DNA of 28,091 nucleotides from a virus (IMGVR_UViG_3300030109_001599:1-28091); one strand, 5' to 3'; positions 16,964-25,204 are shown, counted from the stretch's first letter. Program-made: numbers and translations. Notes: generated by a model from the letters alone, not told the origin.

Positions 16964-19434
16964 TTAGGAGTCCTTTGACGTAAGTTATCTTTTGCTTTAC
17001 CTATATCTACTCCGACTTTTACTCCTTCAATTTCTCCTTTTAATTTAAGCTCATCTGCTTTAGCCGCAGCATCTGCTAAGATTTCTTTTTCTTTTAACTT
17101 TAATTCATCTGCTTTAGCTGCAGTGTCAGCAAGAAACTCTTTCTCTTTAAGTTTTAATTGCTCTGCAGTCGTGGCTGCATCAGTCATCATCTTTTGTTTC
17201 TTTAACTCAAACTCTGCTTTTTTCAAAGCAAGCTCTTGTTGTTGCATTTGAACAATAGGATCTTGAGCCTGCTGTTTAGCCTGTTGTTGTGCAGCTTCTT
17301 GTTGATTAGCTGTTAGTAATCGTTTACCTGCTTCTGCTGCTAAACGCGAAACTTGTAACTCAAGTTCTTCTGGTAAATCCTCATCAGGCTTAGGAAGGGG
17401 AGCGCCCAACTGTTCTTCAATTTTATTTCTATATGCAAACGCTACGTGTTCTGCTATGTGTGCCTGTAGTGCTGACATCATTTGATTTGCTTTAGGGTTC
17501 TGCCCCATAAGTTGTCGTATCTTTGGATCTTGCATAGCTGTCATGTGAACAGTTAAGTGTGCTTCATGGTCTTGATATATAAACGCTTTTACAGGTTTAT
17601 CATTAATAATGTCCATATTCTCAGACACAGGATCACGAGGCTTATAATCATCTTCAACAGGAACTAACTTAGCTGCATTTTTAATACCTAGCACTTCTAA
17701 CATTTGTCTATGTAATGCAGGTAAATCATAAATCTGTGGAGCGCCTTGTGCTAGTTGTATAACTGCTTGGTACTGTACAACACGCTGTGACATAGTTGCA
17801 GCATTAGGATCACTTACAGGAATAATCTCTACTTCATCATAGTCTTCTCTTTTAGCTTGACGAGGTGCGCCTTTAGGATCGTACTCATATTCATCATCTG
17901 AATAGTCCCTAATAATATTTGCTAATAGTTGAAGTTCTTGTTTAAAAGAATAATGCACACGGGCTTGCACTGCAGACATTACCTTTAACATTCTTTCTAA
18001 TAAAGCAAGGGTTGTTCCTACAGGAGCTTGTGCGCTCATGTCCGATATTTTCATATCTGCTGTAGACGCAAATCTTCTACCTTCTTCAACAATAGTTCCC
18101 AGTAACTGATACAACACTCCACTAGGTTCTTTATACGGAAGCGGAAGAATGTTATCTCGAATAGCCCCGGAACCTACATCTACATCACGAAACTCACCCG
18201 GAGCAATCGGGGTGTCATCTCCTTTTATACGTAACCCTCTAGCTTTTAAACCGCCGGGAAGATTAGCTAAAGTTCCCGCATCAACAAGCTGACGCATAAT
18301 ACTAGTAGCAGATTTAGCAAAGCCTCCGATTAAATGAAATAACCCAAAGCCATACACTCCGTATCCCGGTATGTACATGTAGTGAACAAAGTGATTTCGT
18401 TTTGCTTTTGTTTCATCATCCTCATAAAAGTTTCTACGAATAGACAATACTTCTCCTGTGCCTTCTACTAAAGTAACTACATATGGAATAGCTATACCTG
18501 TAGGTTTGCCATCATCCTTATCTTCAAATCCAACAATATCTAAATTAACATGACTCTCATATAAGACATACCTATCATCATTAACTCCAGAAAATCCTGT
18601 TTCCTGATCTTTCTTTTCTTGTAGTTCATCTTTTATTTTAGGAGGATCGCCTAACTCTACGTCTCTATAAAACCCTGCAACCTGCAACTTTCTAATCTCG
18701 TTACTGGTTTTATACATGCGGTGTGTAACACGTTCTGCTGTTTCAATACTTGACGCTCCGTAAGAAATAATAATATCTTCAGCAGGAATAAATAAAGATG
18801 TCTGTCTTTGTAGTGAAGGATCAAAGTAAACTTTTTTAAAAGCTGATCCTGTAGCAGGCAGATTCCAAAGCATCCGTTCATGCTCTGTTCTAAACTCAGG
18901 CATACGTTCTGTTAACTCATAGTTTAAATCTTCTCTAACTCGTTTAGCCGCAGCATCTTTTTCTGTAGAGTCTTTACCAATAATTTTTGTTTTGACTGGC
19001 CCTTGTGCGGGGAAAGTCTCCATAATAGTTTCACTTTGAAAACGTACTACCGCTTCTGTAATCATTGGATGAAATACGCCGGATGCCCCACTCCACGGTT
19101 CTGTTCTTTCTTCGTACTTTAAACCTAATAAAGTAATACCTTCTTTATAAGTTTGTTCCCAATCTTTTCTTGAACCTAGATCACCTTTTATTCCTTCTAG
19201 TAAATCAGTGCCAAGAAACTCTAACTCATCTCCAGTTAAATCTTCTGCAATATTTTTATAAAAGTCTTCTTCTGCTTCAGCGTCTGGATCAATAACCAAC
19301 TCCATATCACCTGTACGTACAGTAACTTTCTCTGGGTCTTCAATCTCTATTTCTAAATCTGGTTCCCCTAATTTATCTTTGATTTCTTCCTCTACTCCAA
19401 CCGGAGCTTGATATAAAGATTTTTCCACTGCCAT
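16960..19434 (-). CDS. Portal protein (P22-like, long C-terminal helical barrel)
   Basis: 824 aa after terL; SRKDWE, TEPW.GA.GV.HP, GSAFKKVYFD, YGFGL.HLIGG, Gln-rich coiled-coil tail. Confidence 0.88.
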   Translation of the reverse strand: MAVEKSLYQAPVGVEEEIKDKLGEPDLEIEIEDPEKVTVRTGDMELVIDPDAEAEEDFYKNIAEDLTGDELEFLGTDLLEGIKGDLGSRKDWEQTYKEGITLLGLKYEERTEPWSGASGVFHPMITEAVVRFQSETIMETFPAQGPVKTKIIGKDSTEKDAAAKRVREDLNYELTERMPEFRTEHERMLWNLPATGSAFKKVYFDPSLQRQTSLFIPAEDIIISYGASSIETAERVTHRMYKTSNEIRKLQVAGFYRDVELGDPPKIKDELQEKKDQETGFSGVNDDRYVLYESHVNLDIVGFEDKDDGKPTGIAIPYVVTLVEGTGEVLSIRRNFYEDDETKAKRNHFVHYMYIPGYGVYGFGLFHLIGGFAKSATSIMRQLVDAGTLANLPGGLKARGLRIKGDDTPIAPGEFRDVDVGSGAIRDNILPLPYKEPSGVLYQLLGTIVEEGRRFASTADMKISDMSAQAPVGTTLALLERMLKVMSAVQARVHYSFKQELQLLANIIRDYSDDEYEYDPKGAPRQAKREDYDEVEIIPVSDPNAATMSQRVVQYQAVIQLAQGAPQIYDLPALHRQMLEVLGIKNAAKLVPVEDDYKPRDPVSENMDIINDKPVKAFIYQDHEAHLTVHMTAMQDPKIRQLMGQNPKANQMMSALQAHIAEHVAFAYRNKIEEQLGAPLPKPDEDLPEELELQVSRLAAEAGKRLLTANQQEAAQQQAKQQAQDPIVQMQQQELALKKAEFELKKQKMMTDAATTAEQLKLKEKEFLADTAAKADELKLKEKEILADAAAKADELKLKGEIEGVKVGVDIGKAKDNLRQRTPK

Positions 19435-19443
19435 AATATATCC

Positions 19444-20952
19444 TTAATAGTATGCGGCTCTTCTACTTGATTTAAAAAACTGAGGAGAGTCTGGCTCATC
19501 TGAAGGTAAAGTTATAAACCCCCCGTTTCTAAATCTAAGCAACGCTTGTGACATTGTATCTACGTAGTCGTCATGTTCTCCAACTGGAAAACTAACAACC
19601 TCTTCAATTACATCTCTTGCCCATCTAGTATCCGGCGCCCATACAATACCAGAAGCAAACAAATCAGAAACTGCATTTACCCTAGATATCTTGTCGTTAC
19701 CACGACTCGGAGTAAACTCATCTACTGGTATCCCCATTCTTCTAAACTCTTGTACTAGTGGTGCGCCTGCTGCTTTTTTCTCTACGAGAAACGAATCCGG
19801 TCGCCAATCTTTGTAATGCTTTAATGCAATCTCTTTTAATTCAGGAAACTCCATTCTATCTTTAAATGCGTCTAGTAATATAATACTAGGACGGTTGTGT
19901 TCTTCCTCATCATACCAAACTCCCCATGTAGTACAAGCAGAATAGTCGGCTGTTGTTTTTGCTTCGTGTGCTGTATCCCAACTTTGAATTACAAACTCGC
20001 ACGGTGGAGGATCTCCCTTTTCCCAAATCTGCCAACTCGTTCTTTTAATAAACGCAGCAGAGTCTGCTGTTGGCTGCTGCATATATTGAGCATTCCAAAA
20101 TCTTGGATCAATGGCAGCTTTCTTTTGTTCTAGCTGGTTCACTGGCCATTGTTCAGGCCATAGACTTTTACCTGATGGTAGTATCGCAGGTAACTCAACC
20201 ACTTCCCACGGATCAGCTTCCGGGTTACGAAGTTGAAAGTTCATTAGCTTACCTGTTAAATCTATTAGACTCCACCTAGTCATAATAACTAGAATGGCTC
20301 CACCCGGCATCAATCGTTGTAGTGGGCCTGTTTGAAACCATGCCCACGCATTCTCAAATGTAGATCGACTGTTTGTTTGTATGTCTTGCTCTGAGTGCGG
20401 ATCATCAATAACAAATAAATCCGCACCACGACCAGCTAACGCGCCGCCCACACCTACTGCGTAATACTGTCCTCCACTAGACGTTGACCATTTGCCTGCA
20501 GCTTTTTGATCTTCTGCTACCTGTGTGTCAGGGAACACTTGTTTATATTCATCAGACACAATTAAGTTTCTTACCCGTCTACCAAAGTCTTCTGATAGTC
20601 CTGCAGTGTGGGTCGCCATAATTACTTTCTTAGTAGGATACTTTCCAAGAAACCATGCGGGAAACAAATAAGAAGAGAACTCTGACTTACCCATACGTGG
20701 AGCAATATTAATAATGACTCTTTTCTTTTTACCGTCTGCTACATCTTTAAATATCTTTGCCAGTTTTCTATGATGCCCCCCTTCTTTAAATCCGGGGTAC
20801 ACGTAGTCAGCAAAACTCAACATAGATTTTTTTGCTTTTTGTAGCTTATACCTTCTCTCCTGTTCTTCGAGTTCTTCTAAAAACTCTAGCTTTTGAGAAG
20901 AAGATAATGTAGCTAATAATTTATTTACGTCGTTTTCGCTTAGGCTTAGCAT
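19444..20952 (-). CDS. terL: Terminase large subunit
   Basis: Walker A IINIAPRMGKS, Walker B LFVIDDP, MTRW coupling motif, nuclease QSWDTA and HDDYVD. Confidence 0.95.
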   Translation of the reverse strand: MLSLSENDVNKLLATLSSSQKLEFLEELEEQERRYKLQKAKKSMLSFADYVYPGFKEGGHHRKLAKIFKDVADGKKKRVIINIAPRMGKSEFSSYLFPAWFLGKYPTKKVIMATHTAGLSEDFGRRVRNLIVSDEYKQVFPDTQVAEDQKAAGKWSTSSGGQYYAVGVGGALAGRGADLFVIDDPHSEQDIQTNSRSTFENAWAWFQTGPLQRLMPGGAILVIMTRWSLIDLTGKLMNFQLRNPEADPWEVVELPAILPSGKSLWPEQWPVNQLEQKKAAIDPRFWNAQYMQQPTADSAAFIKRTSWQIWEKGDPPPCEFVIQSWDTAHEAKTTADYSACTTWGVWYDEEEHNRPSIILLDAFKDRMEFPELKEIALKHYKDWRPDSFLVEKKAAGAPLVQEFRRMGIPVDEFTPSRGNDKISRVNAVSDLFASGIVWAPDTRWARDVIEEVVSFPVGEHDDYVDTMSQALLRFRNGGFITLPSDEPDSPQFFKSSRRAAYY

Positions 20953-21529
20953 TTGGTTTAGCGTCGGTCACATCTTTAACTACAGGTTTAGGCATCACTG
21001 CTTCTAGTGTGTTTAATTTTTCTTTTATCTTTTTGTCTAACTCTGTATCGCTGATCTCAGCTTTTTTAATTTCTACTCTGTCTGTAAATAGTCCAACCTC
21101 TGTGACACGGCCTAGTAACTCTAAAGCCTTTAACCGGATTCGAGCATCCGGGTGGTCTGTCTCTTCAAGGATTTTTGCAACTGTCATTCCTCTTAGTTCT
21201 TTTGCCTGTTCAACAAATGACCAGTCGTATGCAGTTAGCATGCCTACTAATTTTTGTACGGCAGGAGGTGTCGTGAGTTTCGTTAGTGAAACTTTTGCTG
21301 TCTCTACATTTGTGGAAAGAGAATGGAATGCCTCTCGTGCCTGAGTTTCTTGTGCCTGTTCTGTCACAGCTACATCAGTTGCTGCACCTACAGAGTCTAG
21401 CCACTCGGCTGTATTGCTTTGCCCTTCAACTATTTGTTCTGGAGTAGCCTTACGTGCTGTAACAAAGTTACCCTTTGGATCATCAATAACTTTAGGTTCA
21501 GTAGTGTCATCTATTAAATGTTCAAACAA
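20921..21529 (-). CDS. terS: Putative terminase small subunit
   Basis: Directly upstream of and overlapping terL by 32 nt; RLKALELLGRV.EVGLF motif; basic C-terminus; TTG start with GAGGGG RBS. Confidence 0.65.
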   Translation of the reverse strand: MFEHLIDDTTEPKVIDDPKGNFVTARKATPEQIVEGQSNTAEWLDSVGAATDVAVTEQAQETQAREAFHSLSTNVETAKVSLTKLTTPPAVQKLVGMLTAYDWSFVEQAKELRGMTVAKILEETDHPDARIRLKALELLGRVTEVGLFTDRVEIKKAEISDTELDKKIKEKLNTLEAVMPKPVVKDVTDAKPNAKPKRKRRK

Positions 21530-21558
21530 GCGAGTTCCCCTCGTGCGTAAATTAATTC

Positions 21559-21587
21559 TTGCATTACGATTTATGTAAGTGTATTCT
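21559..21587 (+). promoter_or_regulatory. Sigma70-type promoter
   Basis: TTGCAT (21559-21564), 17-nt spacer, TATTCT (21582-21587). Confidence 0.6.
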
Positions 21588-21593
21588 ATCTTT

Positions 21594-21694
21594 ATGTGCT
21601 ACGCAAGCACTGAGAATTTTATATGTTTATTCTCGTAGTCTCCTTTCTTATAGTTGTACATTAAGCCTCGTCTAGTCAACGAGGCTTTTTTTTT
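21594..21694 (+). ncRNA. Candidate small RNA with anti-Shine-Dalgarno segment
   Basis: Lies between a promoter and a terminator with no credible + ORF; hairpins 21596-21610 and 21612-21634; unpaired TCTCCTTTCTT at 21639-21649. Confidence 0.5.
21663..21694 (+). terminator. Rho-independent terminator
   Basis: AAGCCTCGT-CTAGTCA-ACGAGGCTT running into a 9-T tract. Confidence 0.75.
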
Positions 21695-21790
21695 GGCCGG
21701 GTGCTGTCTAATGTTTGACTTGGCTTTACATTTTTTCTGAAATTTGTGTGGATTACTGTTGTACACATATACGCACGTCGTGTACACACA

Positions 21791-21812
21791 GGGGTGGTGG
21801 GGGTGGGGTGGG
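21791..21812 (+). other. G-tract cluster (potential G-quadruplex)
   Basis: GGGG-TGGT-GGGGG-T-GGGG-T-GGG in an AT-rich genome. Confidence 0.55.
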
Positions 21813-21891
21813 TCAACAGAAATCAAAAGGGGGTCGCTAATCACACCTATGGTAAACTATAAGGGTGGTCAGGGGGCTATTTTCTGATCGC

Positions 21892-21921
21892 TAACGTAGC
21901 TACGTTATCGATAACGTAGCT
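21892..21921. promoter_or_regulatory. Overlapping perfect palindromes (operator/terminator-like), copy 1
   Basis: TAACGTAGCTACGTTA (21892-21907) overlaps AGCTACGTTATCGATAACGTAGCT (21898-21921); T run follows. Confidence 0.6.
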
Positions 21922-21950
21922 TTTTATTTATTAACTTAAGGAGTACAACC

Positions 21951-22424
21951 ATGAACGTATCACAACAAGTAACAGCCCTTTGTAATGACGTGCAAGACAT
22001 TATAGAAACAAAAGATGAACTTGCTTTGACAATTGCTAAGGAAGTCGCTAAGAAGAAGACCTCTGACGCCAAATGCAAATGGGTACTTGAGAACGTAGCT
22101 AAACCAATCTCACAAGCGTACCACGACAAAGACGACGCTTTTTCCTCCAAGCCTGAGAATACTGGCAAGAAAGATAAGGGCGGTCGCTTGTTACTACCAA
22201 TCAACAAGTGGGAATCGTCAGGTGCTGAAAGTATGTTTCGTAATCTGGTTCACAAAGTAAAGGGCGGTATATTCGGTAAAGCCAGTGGTAGTAAATCAAC
22301 CAAGGGTAATAAGACTGAATGGGTGTTTGATAAAGCCCTTGAGCGTTTTATGAATGAGTGTGCAAAGAATGGTATCACAGGTGCTAATAGGATCGTGAGC
22401 AAAATCCAAAAGGAGTATGCTTAA
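21951..22424 (+). CDS. Hypothetical early protein (Lys-rich)
   Basis: 157 aa, RBS AAGGAG, first gene of the + block. Confidence 0.75.
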   Translation: MNVSQQVTALCNDVQDIIETKDELALTIAKEVAKKKTSDAKCKWVLENVAKPISQAYHDKDDAFSSKPENTGKKDKGGRLLLPINKWESSGAESMFRNLVHKVKGGIFGKASGSKSTKGNKTEWVFDKALERFMNECAKNGITGANRIVSKIQKEYA

Positions 22425-22439
22425 TCTTTGTACTTTGTT

Positions 22440-22474
22440 AAAGCTACGTTATCTATAACGTAGCTTTTTTTTTT
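22440..22474 (+). promoter_or_regulatory. Palindrome copy 2, also terminator-like
   Basis: AAAGCTACGTTAT-CT-ATAACGTAGCTTT running into a 10-T tract, intergenic. Confidence 0.6.
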
Positions 22475-22495
22475 ATCTTTTATAAGGAGTATGTA

Positions 22496-22894
22496 ATGTT
22501 TGAGAAATCATTTAATAAACGCACGTTGACTGGAACAACTGCCAATGTGTATGCGAATAAACCGTTTGAAGATTTAGACTATGAAATATCAGCGTTTGAA
22601 CGCTTTGAAGAAGAGTGGTATTTCACTTCGCCATACGAGTTTGAGAGTGAATATGCTGAGCGGAAACAATCTCTTGAAGACAGGATCGAACGCCATGATG
22701 CTGTACTACAGCGTAAGGACTATGACCATGTTGAATCTGCAATTAGAGAATACAAATTAGTTCTTGCATTACGATTCTGGGTCAGTAAGTTTCGTAAGCT
22801 AAAGCAGTTCATGTGGGACGATATAGATCGCATTGATCGAGGGTTTGTTTATGTAGCGTTCGCTTTTTGTTTATGTTTTGTAATCTTTTTTTAA
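22496..22894 (+). CDS. Hypothetical early protein with C-terminal hydrophobic segment
   Basis: 132 aa, RBS AAGGAG. Confidence 0.7.
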   Translation: MFEKSFNKRTLTGTTANVYANKPFEDLDYEISAFERFEEEWYFTSPYEFESEYAERKQSLEDRIERHDAVLQRKDYDHVESAIREYKLVLALRFWVSKFRKLKQFMWDDIDRIDRGFVYVAFAFCLCFVIFF

Positions 22895-22904
22895 GGAGAA
22901 AGTA

Positions 22905-23135
22905 ATGCAACTATTTGAAATCGTTTTTAGTATTCTCTGGATATCTGTTGTAGCACCTGTGTGTGCATACATAGGGTATCTGTTTCCCACGCCCTTTGAA
23001 GTGTGGCACTACCTTGTAATTATTCTGTTTTATTTTCCTGCACTATTAGTTCCATTCTTTATTCAGAGTATGTGGCAAAACACTAGCAGTCTGATACGTG
23101 ACTACAAGTTCTACAAAAACCTAAGGAGAAGATAA
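22905..23135 (+). CDS. Small membrane protein (2 TM)
   Basis: 76 aa, two hydrophobic stretches, basic tail, RBS AAGGAG. Confidence 0.7.
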   Translation: MQLFEIVFSILWISVVAPVCAYIGYLFPTPFEVWHYLVIILFYFPALLVPFFIQSMWQNTSSLIRDYKFYKNLRRR

Positions 23136-23311
23136 TGTCTTCAAACAACAAACGATCTAACACAGCCGTACTCTTACGGCAACAAAAAGAACAAAGCAAC
23201 AGCAACAGCAACAACAAGCAGTACAAGATGGAACCTGTGTTACTAACACGGAGTATGAGTTGGGAAGCTGTAATGAACAGTTGTACAGAACTAACCAAAA
23301 GGAGTAAGTAA
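23135..23311 (+). CDS. Small hypothetical protein (58 aa)
   Basis: Not in ORF track. RBS AAGGAG, TAATG coupling at both ends; MSSNNKRSNTAVLLRQQKEQSNSNSNNKQYKMEPVLL...TKRSK. Confidence 0.6.
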   Translation: MSSNNKRSNTAVLLRQQKEQSNSNSNNKQYKMEPVLLTRSMSWEAVMNSCTELTKRSK

Positions 23312-23457
23312 TGAAAGCAAGTATATTGAAATCTCGCAGTAACAAAGAAGATAAGACTCGTAAAGCTAAGGAACGTCGCACCCCTGAGCAGAACAAAGCA
23401 CGAGTCTTATTCAAACAAAAGCAATACAAGATGGAAGAAAAACTATCCTGTTCCTGA
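23311..23457 (+). CDS. Small basic protein (48 aa)
   Basis: Not in ORF track. RBS AAGGAG; MKASILKSRSNKEDKTRKAKERRTPEQNKARVLFKQKQYKMEEKLSCS. Confidence 0.6.
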   Translation: MKASILKSRSNKEDKTRKAKERRTPEQNKARVLFKQKQYKMEEKLSCS

Positions 23458-23498
23458 GCGTACGCTGTGGTACGTCCTGTATCACTAAAGTGTACTTT

Positions 23499-23820
23499 TG
23501 TCCTGCGTTTAGACAACTTGTCAAACAAAGTGGGCTACCTAAGATCAAGCACCCGTAATGTCTAGTCCAGAAAATGTCCACTATAATATAATAAAATAAA
23601 AATTAAATATATATATATAGAGGGGTAGACAAGTGGACACTTTTTTTTCTGTCCACTTACCCGAAGTTTCCCTGACCCCTTTGCTTTTTTATTTTCCCAT
23701 GTTTTGGTGGACACTTTTGCCCTTAGCCCTTACTGGCAGTACATCTTAACTTACCCACTTCATTTGACAAGTTGTCTAAACCGTGGACATTTCCGAAAAA
23801 AAGTGGACACTTGCCCACTT
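23499..23820. repeat. Dyad-symmetric non-coding element with GTGGACA repeats and AT-rich tract (candidate replication origin)
   Basis: Perfect 19-bp IR 23507-23525/23763-23781; further IR pairs share axis ~23644; GTGGACA or its complement at 23575, 23633, 23650, 23707, 23783, 23803; AT tract 23582-23619. Confidence 0.6.
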
Positions 23821-23832
23821 TCACTACAATCC

Positions 23833-23850
23833 TGCGTTACCTGTAACGCA
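23833..23850. promoter_or_regulatory. Palindrome copy 3 (variant)
   Basis: TGCGTTAC-CT-GTAACGCA directly after TACAAT (23825-23830) and before an RBS. Confidence 0.45.
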
Positions 23851-23859
23851 ACTTTACTG

Positions 23860-24174
23860 AGGAGTACAAGCATGACTAACAAGAAACAGAAGAAAGCAAA
23901 AGATCGTAGCAACCGTGTAACAAAGGAAGCTAACATAGAGAGAAACAAATCCAAATCCCAAAAAGAACAACGTGCTGAAGAGAAAGAACGTAGGAAAGCA
24001 CTTGTTAAGAAAGCACTTGCTAAGAAAGTTGAAGAGGAAGCACTTGCTAAACTAAAGATGTCTGAACAAAGGACGGCAGAAATATCATCTCTACTACACT
24101 CGGCAGATGAAACACTACGAGTGCGTCATCTCCTTGCCAACCTAAACAAAACCTATGGAGGAGTACAAGCATGA
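23860..24174 (+). repeat. Junction motif family B: AGGAGTACAA(G/C)CATGA
   Basis: Identical copies at 23860 and 24159; one-mismatch copy at 21939. Confidence 0.7.
23872..24174 (+). CDS. Basic coiled-coil protein (100 aa)
   Basis: Start moved to ATG 23872 after GAGGAG; MTNKKQKKAKDRSN... Confidence 0.7.
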   Translation: MTNKKQKKAKDRSNRVTKEANIERNKSKSQKEQRAEEKERRKALVKKALAKKVEEEALAKLKMSEQRTAEISSLLHSADETLRVRHLLANLNKTYGGVQA

Positions 24175-24542
24175 TGGAAGAAAAGGAGTATACAAACTAT
24201 TGGAATCAACCTACTGATTTTACAGATGAAGAATGGGACGCTGTACTCAAAGAGTTTAAATATGTATGTAAGATGGGTGAAGATTATATACATGAAGTAA
24301 CTGTTTCTAAAGAACAAAGTCCCAGTATTAGGTTTACTGCAACAGGTTGTGAATCATTCTATATAGGTAAAAGGGCTGAAGATAGTGCTTCAGGCACTAT
24401 TGATTATTGTGAGACAAATGCTAGGACTATAGATATTTATGTATGGCATATGCTTACGTTTTGTCAGATGATTAAAGAGGACTTTACTTGTAGTAGAGAT
24501 TGGTGGTATTGGGAAAAGAAAAGTGAAAAGGAGAAAGCATGA
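24171..24542 (+). CDS. Hypothetical early protein
   Basis: 123 aa, YTNYW...FTDEEW; RBS GGAGGAG; ATGA coupling. Confidence 0.75.
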   Translation: MMEEKEYTNYWNQPTDFTDEEWDAVLKEFKYVCKMGEDYIHEVTVSKEQSPSIRFTATGCESFYIGKRAEDSASGTIDYCETNARTIDIYVWHMLTFCQMIKEDFTCSRDWWYWEKKSEKEKA

Positions 24543-24985
24543 ATACATTAACATTCTTGAATGTTGCAGAACCAAAATATGACAGAGTTTATGATATTGA
24601 TAAAGCTCAAGCATATTTCTTAGCGGTGTGTCCTGTAATACACTTAGAGGAGTTAGAGAAAGAGATTTACAACGGGCTATTTTATAACAAGTCGTATGGA
24701 TTTAAACGCCATTACATCGTGGGCTGGTTAGAAAGGAGACAAAGTTATTTTTACGTCCCAAACCGAATGGATGAGAGAGTGAACAAGGATTTTGTAAAAG
24801 GTTTTGCTGTTACGGACATAGATGATGACGATAACTTACTTGATGACTACTGGTGTGTGATGGCTCACGCTGTGATACATCTTCTAGCAAAGCGTGGGAT
24901 AGACAGGGAAGTAACCGCTCGTAGAAAACACCTTGAACGAGCAAAGCTACCAACTAAAACATTGGTAAGTAACGACTGGAGGTAA
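24539..24985 (+). CDS. Hypothetical early protein
   Basis: 148 aa, RBS AAGGAG, ATGA coupling. Confidence 0.75.
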   Translation: MNTLTFLNVAEPKYDRVYDIDKAQAYFLAVCPVIHLEELEKEIYNGLFYNKSYGFKRHYIVGWLERRQSYFYVPNRMDERVNKDFVKGFAVTDIDDDDNLLDDYWCVMAHAVIHLLAKRGIDREVTARRKHLERAKLPTKTLVSNDWR

Positions 24986-24988
24986 CAA

Positions 24989-25204
24989 ATGAAAATGAGT
25001 GAAGAAAAAGACTATCTTTTTTCAGTTAAGTGTGAGTATCGTTATGGGATATCAGCACGTGATGAAAAAACTGCTCGTAAGATATTACAAGATAAAGGTG
25101 GTTTAGAAATAAGTGGAGAACTACTTTTATCGGAAGATGATTACAAAAGAGCAGAACTTGTAGAGGTTCGCAGAAAAAAGGAGGACAACAATGAAACACC
25201 TTGA
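24989..25204 (+). CDS. Small hypothetical protein
   Basis: 71 aa, RBS GGAGG. Confidence 0.7.
   Translation: MKMSEEKDYLFSVKCEYRYGISARDEKTARKILQDKGGLEISGELLLSEDDYKRAELVEVRRKKEDNNETP

Larger units (their letters stand above)
22484..23313 (+). repeat. Junction motif family A: AAGGAG-N4-TAATG (4 copies)
   Basis: Copies at 22484, 22893, 23123 and 23299. Confidence 0.55.

Noticed and set aside
3355-18881. Alternative-frame minus ORFs (3355-3795, 10756-11172, 14604-14807, 18657-18881)
   Set aside because: Fully nested in better-supported genes; explained by codon bias of the main frame.
1274-21344. Plus-strand ORFs from the track within the late block (e.g. 1274, 2090, 3440, 7137, 8288, 10258, 12856, 19897, 21009)
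   Set aside because: Antisense shadows of well-supported minus-strand genes; no RBS or recognisable motifs.
21599-21844. 81-aa minus ORF in the control region
   Set aside because: Runs through the G tract and terminator, odd composition, no RBS; only the last 20 codons remain a weak alternative.
23764-23769. Perfect TTGACA -35 hexamer
   Set aside because: No -10 at 16-18 nt; it is part of the 19-bp inverted repeat.
23704-23871. TTG-start extension of the 156-aa ORF
   Set aside because: Lies in the symmetric repeat element; the strong RBS points to ATG 23872.
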